NCBI RefSeq assembly: GCF_000006765.1
Contig: NC_002516.2
DNA from: Pseudomonas aeruginosa PAO1
GTDB taxonomy: Bacteria; Pseudomonadota; Gammaproteobacteria; Pseudomonadales; Pseudomonadaceae
Reading direction: 5' to 3' (one strand)
Length of the DNA stretch: 64,000 nucleotides
The stretch's first letter is position 1, and every line of letters starts with the position of its first letter. Below, piece by piece: positions 21,413 through 29,928 of this stretch. The notes below the pieces were generated by a model. That model did no database searches. It was not told the origin of the DNA and saw only the letters and a program-made list of their open reading frames with translations. A program made the translations under genes and the position numbers.

Positions 21413-24124
21413 TCAGAACCACTGGCCGAAGCGGCGGATGTAGAGGGTCTTCATGGTCTGCGCGGTGACGCAGTAGCAGAGCAGCGTGCCCACCAGCCAG
21501 GGGAAGTACTCCCACGGCAGCGGCTGCAGGCCGACCACCGCTCCCAGCGGCGAGAACGGCACGTAGATGCCCAGCGCCATCACCAGCCCGGTCATCAGCA
21601 TCACCGGCAGCGCCGCGGTGCTCTGGATGAAGGGAATCTTCTGGGTACGCAGCATGTGCACCACCAGGGTCTGCGAGAGCAGGCCCTCGATGAACCAGCC
21701 GGACTGGAACAGCGACTGCATTTCCGGGCTGTTGGCGGCGAACACGAACCACATCAGCGCGTAGGTGGTGATGTCGAAGATCGACGAGGTCGGGCCGATC
21801 CAGACCATGAAGCGGCCGATGTTCTTCGAGTCCCACTTGCGCGGCTTGGCGAGGAATTCCTTGTCCATCTTGTCCCACGGCAGCGACAGCTGGGAGATGT
21901 CGTACATCAGGTTCTGCAGCAGCAGGTGGATCGCCAGCATCGGCAGGAAGGGGATGAAGGCGCTGGCCACCAGTACCGAGAACACGTTGCCGAAGTTGGA
22001 GCTGGCAGTCATGTTCAGGTACTTCATGATGTTGCCGAAGGTCTCGCGGCCCTTGATAACGCCCTCCTCCAGGACCATCAGGCTTTTTTCCAGGAGGATG
22101 ATGTCGGCCGATTCCTTGGCGATGTCGGTGCCGCTGTCCACCGAGATGCCGACATCGGCATCTCGCAGCGCGGGGGCGTCGTTGATGCCGTCGCCGAGGA
22201 AGCCAACGGTGTGTCCGTTGCCCTGCAGGGCCTTGAGCACCCGCGACTTCTGCAGCGGCGTCAGCTTGGCGAACACCGTGCGCTCCTCGGCCAGGCGTTG
22301 CAGGGTGGCATCGTCCATCAGGTCGATGTCGCGACCGAGCAGCGGCTCGCCGACGTCCAGGCCGACCTCGCGGCAGATCTTCGCGCTGACCACCGGGTTG
22401 TCGCCGGTGAGCACCTTCACTGCCACGCCGTTCTCGCGCAACGCGGCGATGGCCGGGCCGGCGGTTTCCTTCGGTGGATCGAGGAAGGTCAGCAGGCCGG
22501 CGATCACCAGGTCGCGCTCGTCGCTGGCGCCGTACTGGGCCTGGGACTCCGTGCGCGAGAGGCTGCGGGTGCCGAGCAGGAGCACGCGGAAGCCGTCGCG
22601 GTTGTATTGCTCGGCCAGCGCCAGCAGGGCCCGGCGGCGTTCCTCGTCGAGCGGCAGGTCGACACCGTCCTGGTGCACGCGGGTGGCGATCTCGAGCATT
22701 TCCTCGACCGCGCCCTTGCACACCAGCAGCTGTTCGCCGTCCTTGCCCTCGAGGATCACCGAGAGACGCCGACGGACGAAATCGAAGGGCAGTTCGTCGA
22801 CCTTGCGCCAGGCATCCGACGGCGTGATGCGCGGGTTCTGTTCGACGAAGGCGACCACCGCGCGGTCCATCAGGTTCTTCATCCCGGACTGGTGGAAGCT
22901 GTTCAGCCAGGCCATTTGCAGGACCCGGTCGCAGCGCCGGCCGGCAACGTCGACGTGATGCTCGAGGATGATCCGGTCCTGGGTCAGGGTGCCGGTCTTG
23001 TCGGTGCAGAGCACGTCCATGGCGCCGAAGTTCTGGATCGCGTTGAGGCGCTTGACCACCACCTTGCGCCGCGACATCGCCACCGCGCCCTTGGCCAGGT
23101 TGGCGCTGACGATCATCGGCAGCATTTCCGGGGTCAGGCCGACCGCCACGGCGAGAGCGAACATGAACGCCTCGGTCCAGTCGCCCTTGGTGAAACCGTT
23201 GATCAGCAGCACGATCGGCACCATCACCAGCATGAAGCGGATCAGCAGCCAACTGACGCTGTTCACCCCACGGTCGAAGGCGGTCTGCGCCCGCGAACCG
23301 ACGATGGAACGGGCCAGCGAACCGAAATAGGTGCGCGCACCGGTGGCAACCACCACCGCGGTGGCCGTGCCGCTGACCACGTTGGTGCCCATGAAGCAGA
23401 TGTTCGGCAGTTCGAGCAGGTCCTGCTGGTCGGCGGCGATCCGCTTGGCGGACTTCTCGCGGACCGCGCCGAGGGTGTCGTATTTCTCCACCGGCAGCGC
23501 CTCGCCGGTGAGTACGGCCTGGCTGATGAACAGGTCGCGCGATTCGATCAGGCGGATGTCGGCGGGGATCATGTCGCCGGCGGACAGGCGCACGATGTCG
23601 CCGACCACCAGTTCGCCCATGGGGATTTCCCGCAGCTCGCCGCGCATCCCGCGCTCGTCGCGGCGCAGCACGGTGGCGGTGTTCCGCACCATGGCCTTGA
23701 GCGCCTCGGCGGCCTTGCCCGAACGGTATTCCTGCCAGAAGCGCATCAGGCCGCTGACCAGGACCATGCAGAGGACGATGATGACGCCGGTGAGATCGGT
23801 TTCCTCACCGTCCTGCAGGGGCAGCCAGAAGTCGGTGAAGAAGCTGATCGCAGAGAGCGTCATCAGCACGTAGATGAAGGGGTTGTTGAACGCCTGCAGC
23901 AGTTGCACCAGGACGTGTGGCGGACGGTCGTGGGCCACTTCGTTGGGGCCGTCGGCGTGCAGCCGGGCGGCGGCCTCGGCCTGGTCGAGGCCGTCCTGGC
24001 GACCGCGGACATTGGTGAGGGTGGTTTCCAGGCTGTTCTGCGCTTCGCGGGCGGCGCGCATGGACAGTCGGTCGTTGCGGCGCTCGGTATCGAGCTGGGT
24101 ATTGCGTTGGGTCGCTACGCTCAT
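21413..24124 (-). CDS. mgtA: Mg2+-importing P-type ATPase
   Basis: 903 aa; TGEALP, PEMLP, DKTGTLT, KGAVEE, TGDN and GDGINDAPAL motifs; AGGAG SD. Confidence 0.97.
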   Translation of the reverse strand: MSVATQRNTQLDTERRNDRLSMRAAREAQNSLETTLTNVRGRQDGLDQAEAAARLHADGPNEVAHDRPPHVLVQLLQAFNNPFIYVLMTLSAISFFTDFWLPLQDGEETDLTGVIIVLCMVLVSGLMRFWQEYRSGKAAEALKAMVRNTATVLRRDERGMRGELREIPMGELVVGDIVRLSAGDMIPADIRLIESRDLFISQAVLTGEALPVEKYDTLGAVREKSAKRIAADQQDLLELPNICFMGTNVVSGTATAVVVATGARTYFGSLARSIVGSRAQTAFDRGVNSVSWLLIRFMLVMVPIVLLINGFTKGDWTEAFMFALAVAVGLTPEMLPMIVSANLAKGAVAMSRRKVVVKRLNAIQNFGAMDVLCTDKTGTLTQDRIILEHHVDVAGRRCDRVLQMAWLNSFHQSGMKNLMDRAVVAFVEQNPRITPSDAWRKVDELPFDFVRRRLSVILEGKDGEQLLVCKGAVEEMLEIATRVHQDGVDLPLDEERRRALLALAEQYNRDGFRVLLLGTRSLSRTESQAQYGASDERDLVIAGLLTFLDPPKETAGPAIAALRENGVAVKVLTGDNPVVSAKICREVGLDVGEPLLGRDIDLMDDATLQRLAEERTVFAKLTPLQKSRVLKALQGNGHTVGFLGDGINDAPALRDADVGISVDSGTDIAKESADIILLEKSLMVLEEGVIKGRETFGNIMKYLNMTASSNFGNVFSVLVASAFIPFLPMLAIHLLLQNLMYDISQLSLPWDKMDKEFLAKPRKWDSKNIGRFMVWIGPTSSIFDITTYALMWFVFAANSPEMQSLFQSGWFIEGLLSQTLVVHMLRTQKIPFIQSTAALPVMLMTGLVMALGIYVPFSPLGAVVGLQPLPWEYFPWLVGTLLCYCVTAQTMKTLYIRRFGQWF

Positions 24125-24176
24125 GACTCGGTCTCCTGTCGCGAGCTGCGCGACGGCGACACGAGTCGGTTGCCGG

Positions 24177-24311
24177 TCAGGTGACAGGCAAAGGCGTGCC
24201 GGGTCGCGATGTTCGCGATCGGTGGGAAGAATGTTCGGCTTGTCCGGGTGAGGCCCACTGCGCGCGGCCGCTCAGGCGGCACGCAGCAGGCCGACTTGGT
24301 GGTTCGTCCAT
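24177..24311 (-). CDS. Candidate mgtA leader peptide, 44 aa (MDEPPSRPAACRLSGRAQWASPGQAEHSSHRSRTSRPGTPLPVT)
   Basis: AAGGAG SD (24318-24323) 6 nt before ATG 24311; TGA at 24177-24179, 52 nt before the mgtA ATG. Translated by hand. Confidence 0.55.
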   Translation of the reverse strand: MDEPPSRPAACRLSGRAQWASPGQAEHSSHRSRTSRPGTPLPVT

Positions 24312-24350
24312 GGCAGGCTCCTTGTGCGAAGGGTTAGGCAGGAGAAAGGG

Positions 24351-24569
24351 TCAGCCGCGCATCGGGCGGCGACCGCTCTCAGGGTTCTCTTCGACCTGCG
24401 TCTCCAGGCGGCGATACTCCAGGCGACCGCCGGCCGGGTCGACACGCCAGGCGAGGCTCGCAGGATGGCCGTGGCCGGGAAGGATCGCGCCGGGGGACTG
24501 CGCGGCGCGCACGCGCATCTTCGCCACGAAGGCGGATACGCCGGGGGATACCGAATTCTCGAAGTTCAT
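24351..24569 (-). CDS. Small hypothetical protein, 72 aa, upstream of mgtA
   Basis: AGGTG SD upstream of ATG 24569; sequence MNFENSVSPG...WRVDPAGGRLEYRRL. Confidence 0.6.
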   Translation of the reverse strand: MNFENSVSPGVSAFVAKMRVRAAQSPGAILPGHGHPASLAWRVDPAGGRLEYRRLETQVEENPESGRRPMRG

Positions 24570-24615
24570 GACTCACCTGTACCCGGCGTGCCGGACACGG
24601 GTGAGAAGCAGTGGG

Positions 24616-24735
24616 TCAGCCCAGGATGCCGCTCAACCGACCGACCCGTTGCGGGTTCCGTCGTGCGTTGGTTTGGGTCATCGCACCAGCCGGCATCTGC
24701 TGGGCCGGGCGACGACTACTGGGAATACTGTCCAT
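24616..24735 (-). CDS. Candidate upstream ORF, 39 aa (MDSIPSSRRPAQQMP...)
   Basis: First ATG after the predicted TSS; weak GAAGAGAG SD. Confidence 0.3.
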   Translation of the reverse strand: MDSIPSSRRPAQQMPAGAMTQTNARRNPQRVGRLSGILG

Positions 24736-24784
24736 GGCTCTCTTCGTAGGGGGAAAGAAAGTGCCCGGCTCTGCGGGCGGGGGT

Positions 24785-24813
24785 TTTATAGACCTCTTGC
24801 CAGACGAGGTCAA
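24785..24813 (-). promoter_or_regulatory. sigma70 promoter of the mgtA unit with an internal inverted repeat
   Basis: TTGACC-N17-TATAAA on the minus strand; GACCTC-N9-GAGGTC at 24791-24811. Confidence 0.75.
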
Positions 24814-24898
24814 CCGAAAAAGCCGTTTCGTTCAGGCTTCTATGGAACATCGGAAAATTCCCGCAGGAGTCCGGCGAAAAGACACCGGCCAAAAGCGC

Positions 24899-25738
24899 TC
24901 AGGCGGAGATCAGTCCCGCCAGCCGTCGCGCCAGCGCCGGCACTTCGGAGGCCGGGTCGAGGCGCAGGCGAAAACGGGTCTGCAGGATGTCCAGCAGTTC
25001 CTCGACGTCGCGCAGTTGGCGCTGCAGCGTCTCGCCGTTGCCGGCGCGCTGGCCGAACAGCCCGTCGGCCAGGGTCAGGCGCAGGTCGCCCTCGGTTATG
25101 GCGGCCTTCAGGCCCTGGCGGAATACGCTGTGCGGGTGGGTCGAGGTGTACCAGTTGCGCGGGATGTAATCGATCCACAACTGCGGGCGCAGGTCGAAGC
25201 GGTACAGCGGCAGCCAGCCGCTGCGACCGCGCACGGCGCTTTCGTAGAGACCGGCGTGCGGGTCGACCAGGCGCACGCAATGCACCTGTCCGGCGTCCGC
25301 CTCGTCGCCCGGCAAAGGCAGTGCTCGCGGCGGATTGGCCGAGCCGAAGCCGACATCCACCAGGAACTCGCCCTCCGCCAGGTACAGACGCAGCATCAGA
25401 TGCGATTGCTGGGTCAGCGGCGCGTCGTCCGGGAGTCCCCAGCGTACCCGTGCCACCAGCAGTTCCAGCTCGTAGCCGAGGGCCAGCAGCAGGCGGGCGA
25501 ACAGCGAGTTGAGTTCGAAGCAATAACCGCCGCGGCTGCCCTCGACGACCTTGGCGAAAACCTTGTCGGCGTCGATCTCGATGGGACGGTCGAGCAGCAC
25601 GTCGAGGTTCTCGAAGGCGACCCGGCGCAGATGCGCGTCGATCAGTCGGTCGAGATTCGCCAGACTCGGCGGACCGGGATCGTCGATGCCGATATGGTGC
25701 AGGTAGGCATGGGTCTGCTCGGGCGTCAGCGGGGTCAT
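24899..25738 (-). CDS. nat: Arylamine N-acetyltransferase
   Basis: 279 aa; FENLDV, RGGYCFELN (catalytic Cys), HLML and VDVGFG (Cys-His-Asp triad). Confidence 0.95.
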   Translation of the reverse strand: MTPLTPEQTHAYLHHIGIDDPGPPSLANLDRLIDAHLRRVAFENLDVLLDRPIEIDADKVFAKVVEGSRGGYCFELNSLFARLLLALGYELELLVARVRWGLPDDAPLTQQSHLMLRLYLAEGEFLVDVGFGSANPPRALPLPGDEADAGQVHCVRLVDPHAGLYESAVRGRSGWLPLYRFDLRPQLWIDYIPRNWYTSTHPHSVFRQGLKAAITEGDLRLTLADGLFGQRAGNGETLQRQLRDVEELLDILQTRFRLRLDPASEVPALARRLAGLISA

Positions 25739-25862
25739 GGCGGGCTCCGGAAAATGGCCAGCTCGATTCTAGACGCATTCTCGGGGAATACCGGAAGCGC
25801 CGTCAGGCACATTGGCCCGGGGTCTGCTTGACTGTGCCCATCCCACCCCGAGGAGCGCCGCC

Positions 25863-26318
25863 ATGGCCCAGGCAATCGTCGCCTACCTGCACTACCTGTC
25901 GATCTTCCTGCTGTTCGCCCTGCTGGTGTTGCAGCACCGCCTGCTGCGCCTGCCGCTGGACCTGGAGCGCGCCCGCAGCCTGGCGGCGATCGACCGCGGC
26001 TACGGCCTCTGCGCCCTGGCGGTACTGGCCAGCGGGTTGGCGCGGGTGCTGTGGTACGGCAAGGGCGTCGACTATTACCTGCACAATGGTCTGTTCCACG
26101 CCAAGGTCGGGCTATTCGTCCTCGCTGCCCTGGTCTCGCTGTTGCCGACCGTTACCTTCCTTGGCTGGCGCGGCGCCCTCAAGGCCGGCGAAGTGCCGGC
26201 GGTGACGCCGGCCCGGGGCCGGCGGGTGGTCATGGCGGTGCGCCTGCAACTGCTCCTGCTGCTGGTCATTCCGTTGCTGGCTACGCTGATGGCGCGCGGC
26301 TTCGGCATGCGCGGCTGA
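25863..26318 (+). CDS. DUF2214-like inner-membrane protein
   Basis: ATG at 25863, 151 aa; AYLHYL, IDRGYG, KGVDYY..N..FHAK and ARGFG motifs. Confidence 0.8.
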   Translation: MAQAIVAYLHYLSIFLLFALLVLQHRLLRLPLDLERARSLAAIDRGYGLCALAVLASGLARVLWYGKGVDYYLHNGLFHAKVGLFVLAALVSLLPTVTFLGWRGALKAGEVPAVTPARGRRVVMAVRLQLLLLLVIPLLATLMARGFGMRG

Positions 26319-26322
26319 GCCC

Positions 26323-27726
26323 TCAGTTCTGCATGGCCCGGCCATGCACGTCCATCGCCGCCTGGCGCAGCGCCTCGGAGCGGGTCGGATGCGGATGGCA
26401 GGTCAGCGCGAGGTCCTCCGCCGAGGCGCTGAACTCCATGGCCACGCAGGCTTCGCCGATCATCTCGCTGACGCCCGGCCCGATCATGTGCACGCCGAGC
26501 ACCTGGTCGCTGCGGGCATCGGAGAGGATCTTGATGAAGCCTTCGCTCTCGTGGTTGATCTTCGCCCGGCTGTTGGCGCTGAACGGGAAGCGTCCGACCT
26601 TGTACTCGCGCCTCGCCGCCTGCAGCTGCTCCTCGCCGAGGCCGACGCTGGCCACTTCCGGCTGGGTGTAGATGACCGACGGAATCACCTCGGCGTTCAT
26701 CTCCGCCGCATGCCCGGCGATCCGCTCGATGCAGACGATCGCCTCTTCCTCGGCCTTGTGCGCCAGCATCGGTCCCGAGGTCACGTCGCCGATCACCCAG
26801 ACGCCCGGCGCCGCGCTGCGCTGTCCCTGGTTCTCCAGCATGCCGCGACGATCGCTGGCCAGGCCGACCGTCTCCAGCCCCAGTCCTTCGGTATAGGGGC
26901 GCCGGCCGATGGCCACCAGCACGTAGTCCGCCTGCAGCGATTCCGTAGCGCCGCCGGCGGCCGGTTGCAGGTCGAGTTCGACGCCCTGCTCGCCACTGCG
27001 CGCGGCGACCACGCGGGTGCCGAGGCGAAACCGCATGCCCTGGCGGGTCAGGGCGCGCTGCAGGGTCCTTGCGGTTTCCCCATCCAGCCCCGGGCAGATC
27101 CGCTCGAGGTACTCCAGCACCGTGACCTGTGCGCCCAGCCGGCGCCAGACCGAACCAAGCTCCAGGCCGATCACGCCGGCGCCGATCACCACCAGGTGGC
27201 GAGGCACTTCGACCAACTCCAGGGCGCCGGTGGAGTCGAGGATGCGCTGGTTGTCCACAGGCACGCCGGGCAGCGGCGCCGGTTCCGAACCGGTGGCGAT
27301 AACGATGTCGCGCGCCTCCAGTTGCGCGTGGCCGCCGTCGGCAAGGGCCACGCCGACCCGGCCCTCGCCTTGCAAGCGCGCCCAGCCCTTGATCCACTGC
27401 ACCTTGTGCTTGCGGAAGAGGAATTCGACGCCACGGGTCAGGGCGGCGACGCTCTCGTCCTTCTGCTTCATCATCTGCGCCAGGTCCAGTTCCGGGCTGA
27501 CCCGGATGCCGAGCCGGGCGAACTCGCCGCCGCTCGCCGCGGCGTATAGCTCCGAGGCGTGCAACAGGGCCTTGGACGGCATGCAGCCGACGTTCAGGCA
27601 AGTCCCGCCGAGGGTTTCGCGACCCTCCACGCAGGCCACCTTCAGGCCCAGCTGGCCGGCGCGAATGGCAGCGTTGTAGCCCCCCGGACCGGCGCCGATC
27701 ACGATCACGTCATAGCTTTCCATCAT
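26323..27726 (-). CDS. lpd3: Dihydrolipoamide dehydrogenase 3 (orphan E3)
   Basis: 467 aa; GAGPGG, GGTCLNVGCMPSK redox disulfide, HPTRSE. Confidence 0.93.
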   Translation of the reverse strand: MMESYDVIVIGAGPGGYNAAIRAGQLGLKVACVEGRETLGGTCLNVGCMPSKALLHASELYAAASGGEFARLGIRVSPELDLAQMMKQKDESVAALTRGVEFLFRKHKVQWIKGWARLQGEGRVGVALADGGHAQLEARDIVIATGSEPAPLPGVPVDNQRILDSTGALELVEVPRHLVVIGAGVIGLELGSVWRRLGAQVTVLEYLERICPGLDGETARTLQRALTRQGMRFRLGTRVVAARSGEQGVELDLQPAAGGATESLQADYVLVAIGRRPYTEGLGLETVGLASDRRGMLENQGQRSAAPGVWVIGDVTSGPMLAHKAEEEAIVCIERIAGHAAEMNAEVIPSVIYTQPEVASVGLGEEQLQAARREYKVGRFPFSANSRAKINHESEGFIKILSDARSDQVLGVHMIGPGVSEMIGEACVAMEFSASAEDLALTCHPHPTRSEALRQAAMDVHGRAMQN

Positions 27727-27843
27727 CCTGCTCCTCGGTTGTCCCGCCACGGCCCCCTCAGCGTAGGCGACGCCGGCGCAAATAGAGGAAACGCCGCGTA
27801 GAGGGACCGAAAGCGATTGTATTTCGCTCGTCATGCAAAACTT

Positions 27844-27860
27844 ATATGATGACCGTAATT
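27844..27860. promoter_or_regulatory. Candidate TetR operator 1 (between lpd3 and the thioesterase)
   Basis: ATATGATGACCGTAATT; 15/17 identical to the box at 29929. Confidence 0.6.
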
Positions 27861-27898
27861 TTCCTGCAACCCTTTCCCACCACGACAGGAGCACTACC

Positions 27899-28438
27899 AT
27901 GGAACAGCCCGGCCGCGAAGATCGCCTGAACGCCTGGATCGCCACCGAACGGGCCGCCCGCGCCCGCCTCGGCGCCAGCGGAACCCTGGAGCTGGCGCAA
28001 GTCGCCGCGCTCTCCCCGCAGGAGTTCTTCGACCGCATCGGCAGCGGCCAACTGCCCTGTCCGCCCTACGGCGAACTGGTCGACTTCGTTCCCATCGAGT
28101 GGTCCGAAGGGCGCTTCCTGTTCCAGGGCACCCCGGACCGCCGCCACTACAATCCGCTGGGTAGCGTGCACGGCGGCTACGCCGCGTCGCTGCTGGACTC
28201 CTGCATGGGCTGCGCGATCCATACCCGGCTCCAGGCCGGCCAGGGCTATACCACCACCGACCTGCGGATCAGCTACCTGCGCGCGCTGACCGACAAGGTC
28301 GGCCCGGTGCGTGCCGAAGGCCGGGTGGTGCACCTCGGCCGCTCGACGGCGGTCGCCGAGGGCCGGTTGTACGATGTCGACGACCGTCTCTACGCCGTCG
28401 GCTCGACCACCTGCCTGGTCCTGCACATGGCCGGATGA
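27899..28438 (+). CDS. PaaI-family hotdog thioesterase
   Basis: ATG at 27899 with AGGAG SD, 179 aa; HYNPLGSVHGG..ASLLDSCMGCA motif. Confidence 0.88.
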   Translation: MEQPGREDRLNAWIATERAARARLGASGTLELAQVAALSPQEFFDRIGSGQLPCPPYGELVDFVPIEWSEGRFLFQGTPDRRHYNPLGSVHGGYAASLLDSCMGCAIHTRLQAGQGYTTTDLRISYLRALTDKVGPVRAEGRVVHLGRSTAVAEGRLYDVDDRLYAVGSTTCLVLHMAG

Positions 28439-28472
28439 ACGCGGCTTCGCCAGGGAAGGCCGCCAGGCGTTA

Positions 28473-28489
28473 AGATGACGACCTGCATT
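28473..28489. promoter_or_regulatory. Candidate TetR operator 2 (autoregulatory)
   Basis: AGATGACGACCTGCATT; 12/17 identical to box 1; overlaps a TAAGAT -10-like hexamer. Confidence 0.4.
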
Positions 28490-28505
28490 CCAAGGTATCG
28501 AAGCC

Positions 28506-29066
28506 ATGCGTTATCCCGAAGACCACAAGCAGAAGACCCGCCGGCGTATCGTCGAGGAGGCTGCCCGGCTGTTCCGCCAGGACGGCGTCGGCGCCACCGG
28601 GCTGCAACCGCTGATGAAGGCCCTGGGCCTGACCCATGGCGGCTTCTACGCGCACTTCAAGTCCAAGGACGACCTGGTGGAAACCGCGTTGCGGCATGCC
28701 GCGGCGCAACTCGACGAAATCACCGCGCCCCTGGCGGAGGCGGAACGACCGCTGGCGCTGCTGATAGAGCAGTACCTGTCGCCGCGTCACCGCGATAACC
28801 CCGGCGCCGGCTGCCCGTTGCCGACCCTGTCGGCGGAACTCGGCCAGCGCGGCACGCCGAGCCCGACCACCGACAGCATCGTGCGCAAGCGCCTGGCGAT
28901 GATCGAAGCGGCCCTGGAGGGCGAGGACGCAGGCGAGCGCGCCGTGCTGCTGCTCGCTTCGCTGGTCGGCGCGCTGCAACTGTCGCGCAGCGTGCAGGAT
29001 GAGGCGCTGTCGCAACGGATACTGGAAGCGACGCGCAAGAAGCTGCTGGAGCAGATGGAGCGCTAG
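28506..29066 (+). CDS. TetR/AcrR-family transcriptional regulator
   Basis: 186 aa; N-terminal HTH LFRQDGVGATGLQPLMKALGLTHGGFYAHFKSKDDL. Confidence 0.93.
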   Translation: MRYPEDHKQKTRRRIVEEAARLFRQDGVGATGLQPLMKALGLTHGGFYAHFKSKDDLVETALRHAAAQLDEITAPLAEAERPLALLIEQYLSPRHRDNPGAGCPLPTLSAELGQRGTPSPTTDSIVRKRLAMIEAALEGEDAGERAVLLLASLVGALQLSRSVQDEALSQRILEATRKKLLEQMER

Positions 29067-29070
29067 GGCC

Positions 29071-29868
29071 TCAGCCGAGGTAGCGCTCGGCCGGCCGCTG
29101 CCGCGACAGATTGGGCGCGAGCCTGGCCCGCGCCGTCATCAGCGCCTGCCAATCGGCCGCATCCGGCAACGACGGGATGGTCACCGCTTCACGCCGATCG
29201 AAACCGACCAGCGCCGCCTCCACCAAGTCCTCGACCTCCATCACCATCTCCGCGGGAATCCCGGCGATTCCGGTGCCGCTGCGCTCCCAGATCTCGGTAC
29301 GGGTGACGCCGGGCAGCACCGCCTGGACGTAAACGCCGCTGCCGGCCAGCTCGTGCTGCAGCGACTGGCTCAGGCTCAGCACGTAGGCCTTGGTCGCGCT
29401 ATAGACGGCATTGAACAACTCCGGCGCCAGCGCCACCACCGAACCAAGGTTGACGATGGCGCCGCCGCCACGCCGGCGGAACCCCTCCGCCGCGCCGGCA
29501 GCCAGGCGGGTCAGGGCCACCACGTTGAGGGCGATCATCCGCTCCGCCCGGTCCATGTCGGCATCGGCCAGCGGACCGTTCATCGCCACGCCGGCGTTGT
29601 TCACCAGCAACGCGATCGAGGCGTCGTCGCGCAACCGTCGCTCGACCCGCAACCTATCGTCGCGCTCGGACAGGTCGGCGCGCAGGATCTCCACCCTGAC
29701 CCCGTGGGCTTGGCGAAGTCGATCCGCCAGGGCTTCCAGGCGTTGCCGGTCGCGCGCCACCAGCAACAGGTCGTGGCCACGGCGGGCCAAGTGCTCGGCG
29801 TAGGTCGCGCCGATTCCGGAAGAGGCGCCGGTGACCAGGGCGACGCCATTGCCAATCTGTTCGTTCAT
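29071..29868 (-). CDS. Short-chain dehydrogenase/reductase
   Basis: ATG at 29868, 265 aa; TGASSGIG, NNAG and YSATK motifs. Confidence 0.92.
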   Translation of the reverse strand: MNEQIGNGVALVTGASSGIGATYAEHLARRGHDLLLVARDRQRLEALADRLRQAHGVRVEILRADLSERDDRLRVERRLRDDASIALLVNNAGVAMNGPLADADMDRAERMIALNVVALTRLAAGAAEGFRRRGGGAIVNLGSVVALAPELFNAVYSATKAYVLSLSQSLQHELAGSGVYVQAVLPGVTRTEIWERSGTGIAGIPAEMVMEVEDLVEAALVGFDRREAVTIPSLPDAADWQALMTARARLAPNLSRQRPAERYLG

Positions 29869-29928
29869 GTGGGTTCTCGCTGGAAAAAAGCCTGACCGCT
29901 GACAGCGGCTGTTTATATTACACACTTA

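Noticed and set aside
24379-24576. Alternative GTG ORF (MSHELREFG...) overlapping the 72-aa ORF
   Set aside because: Its GTG is part of the other ORF's SD, it has no SD of its own, and its Arg/Pro-rich composition is typical of off-frame sequence.
24820-24850. PhoP box for mgtA
   Set aside because: Only one GTTCAG half-site; no second repeat at the expected spacing.
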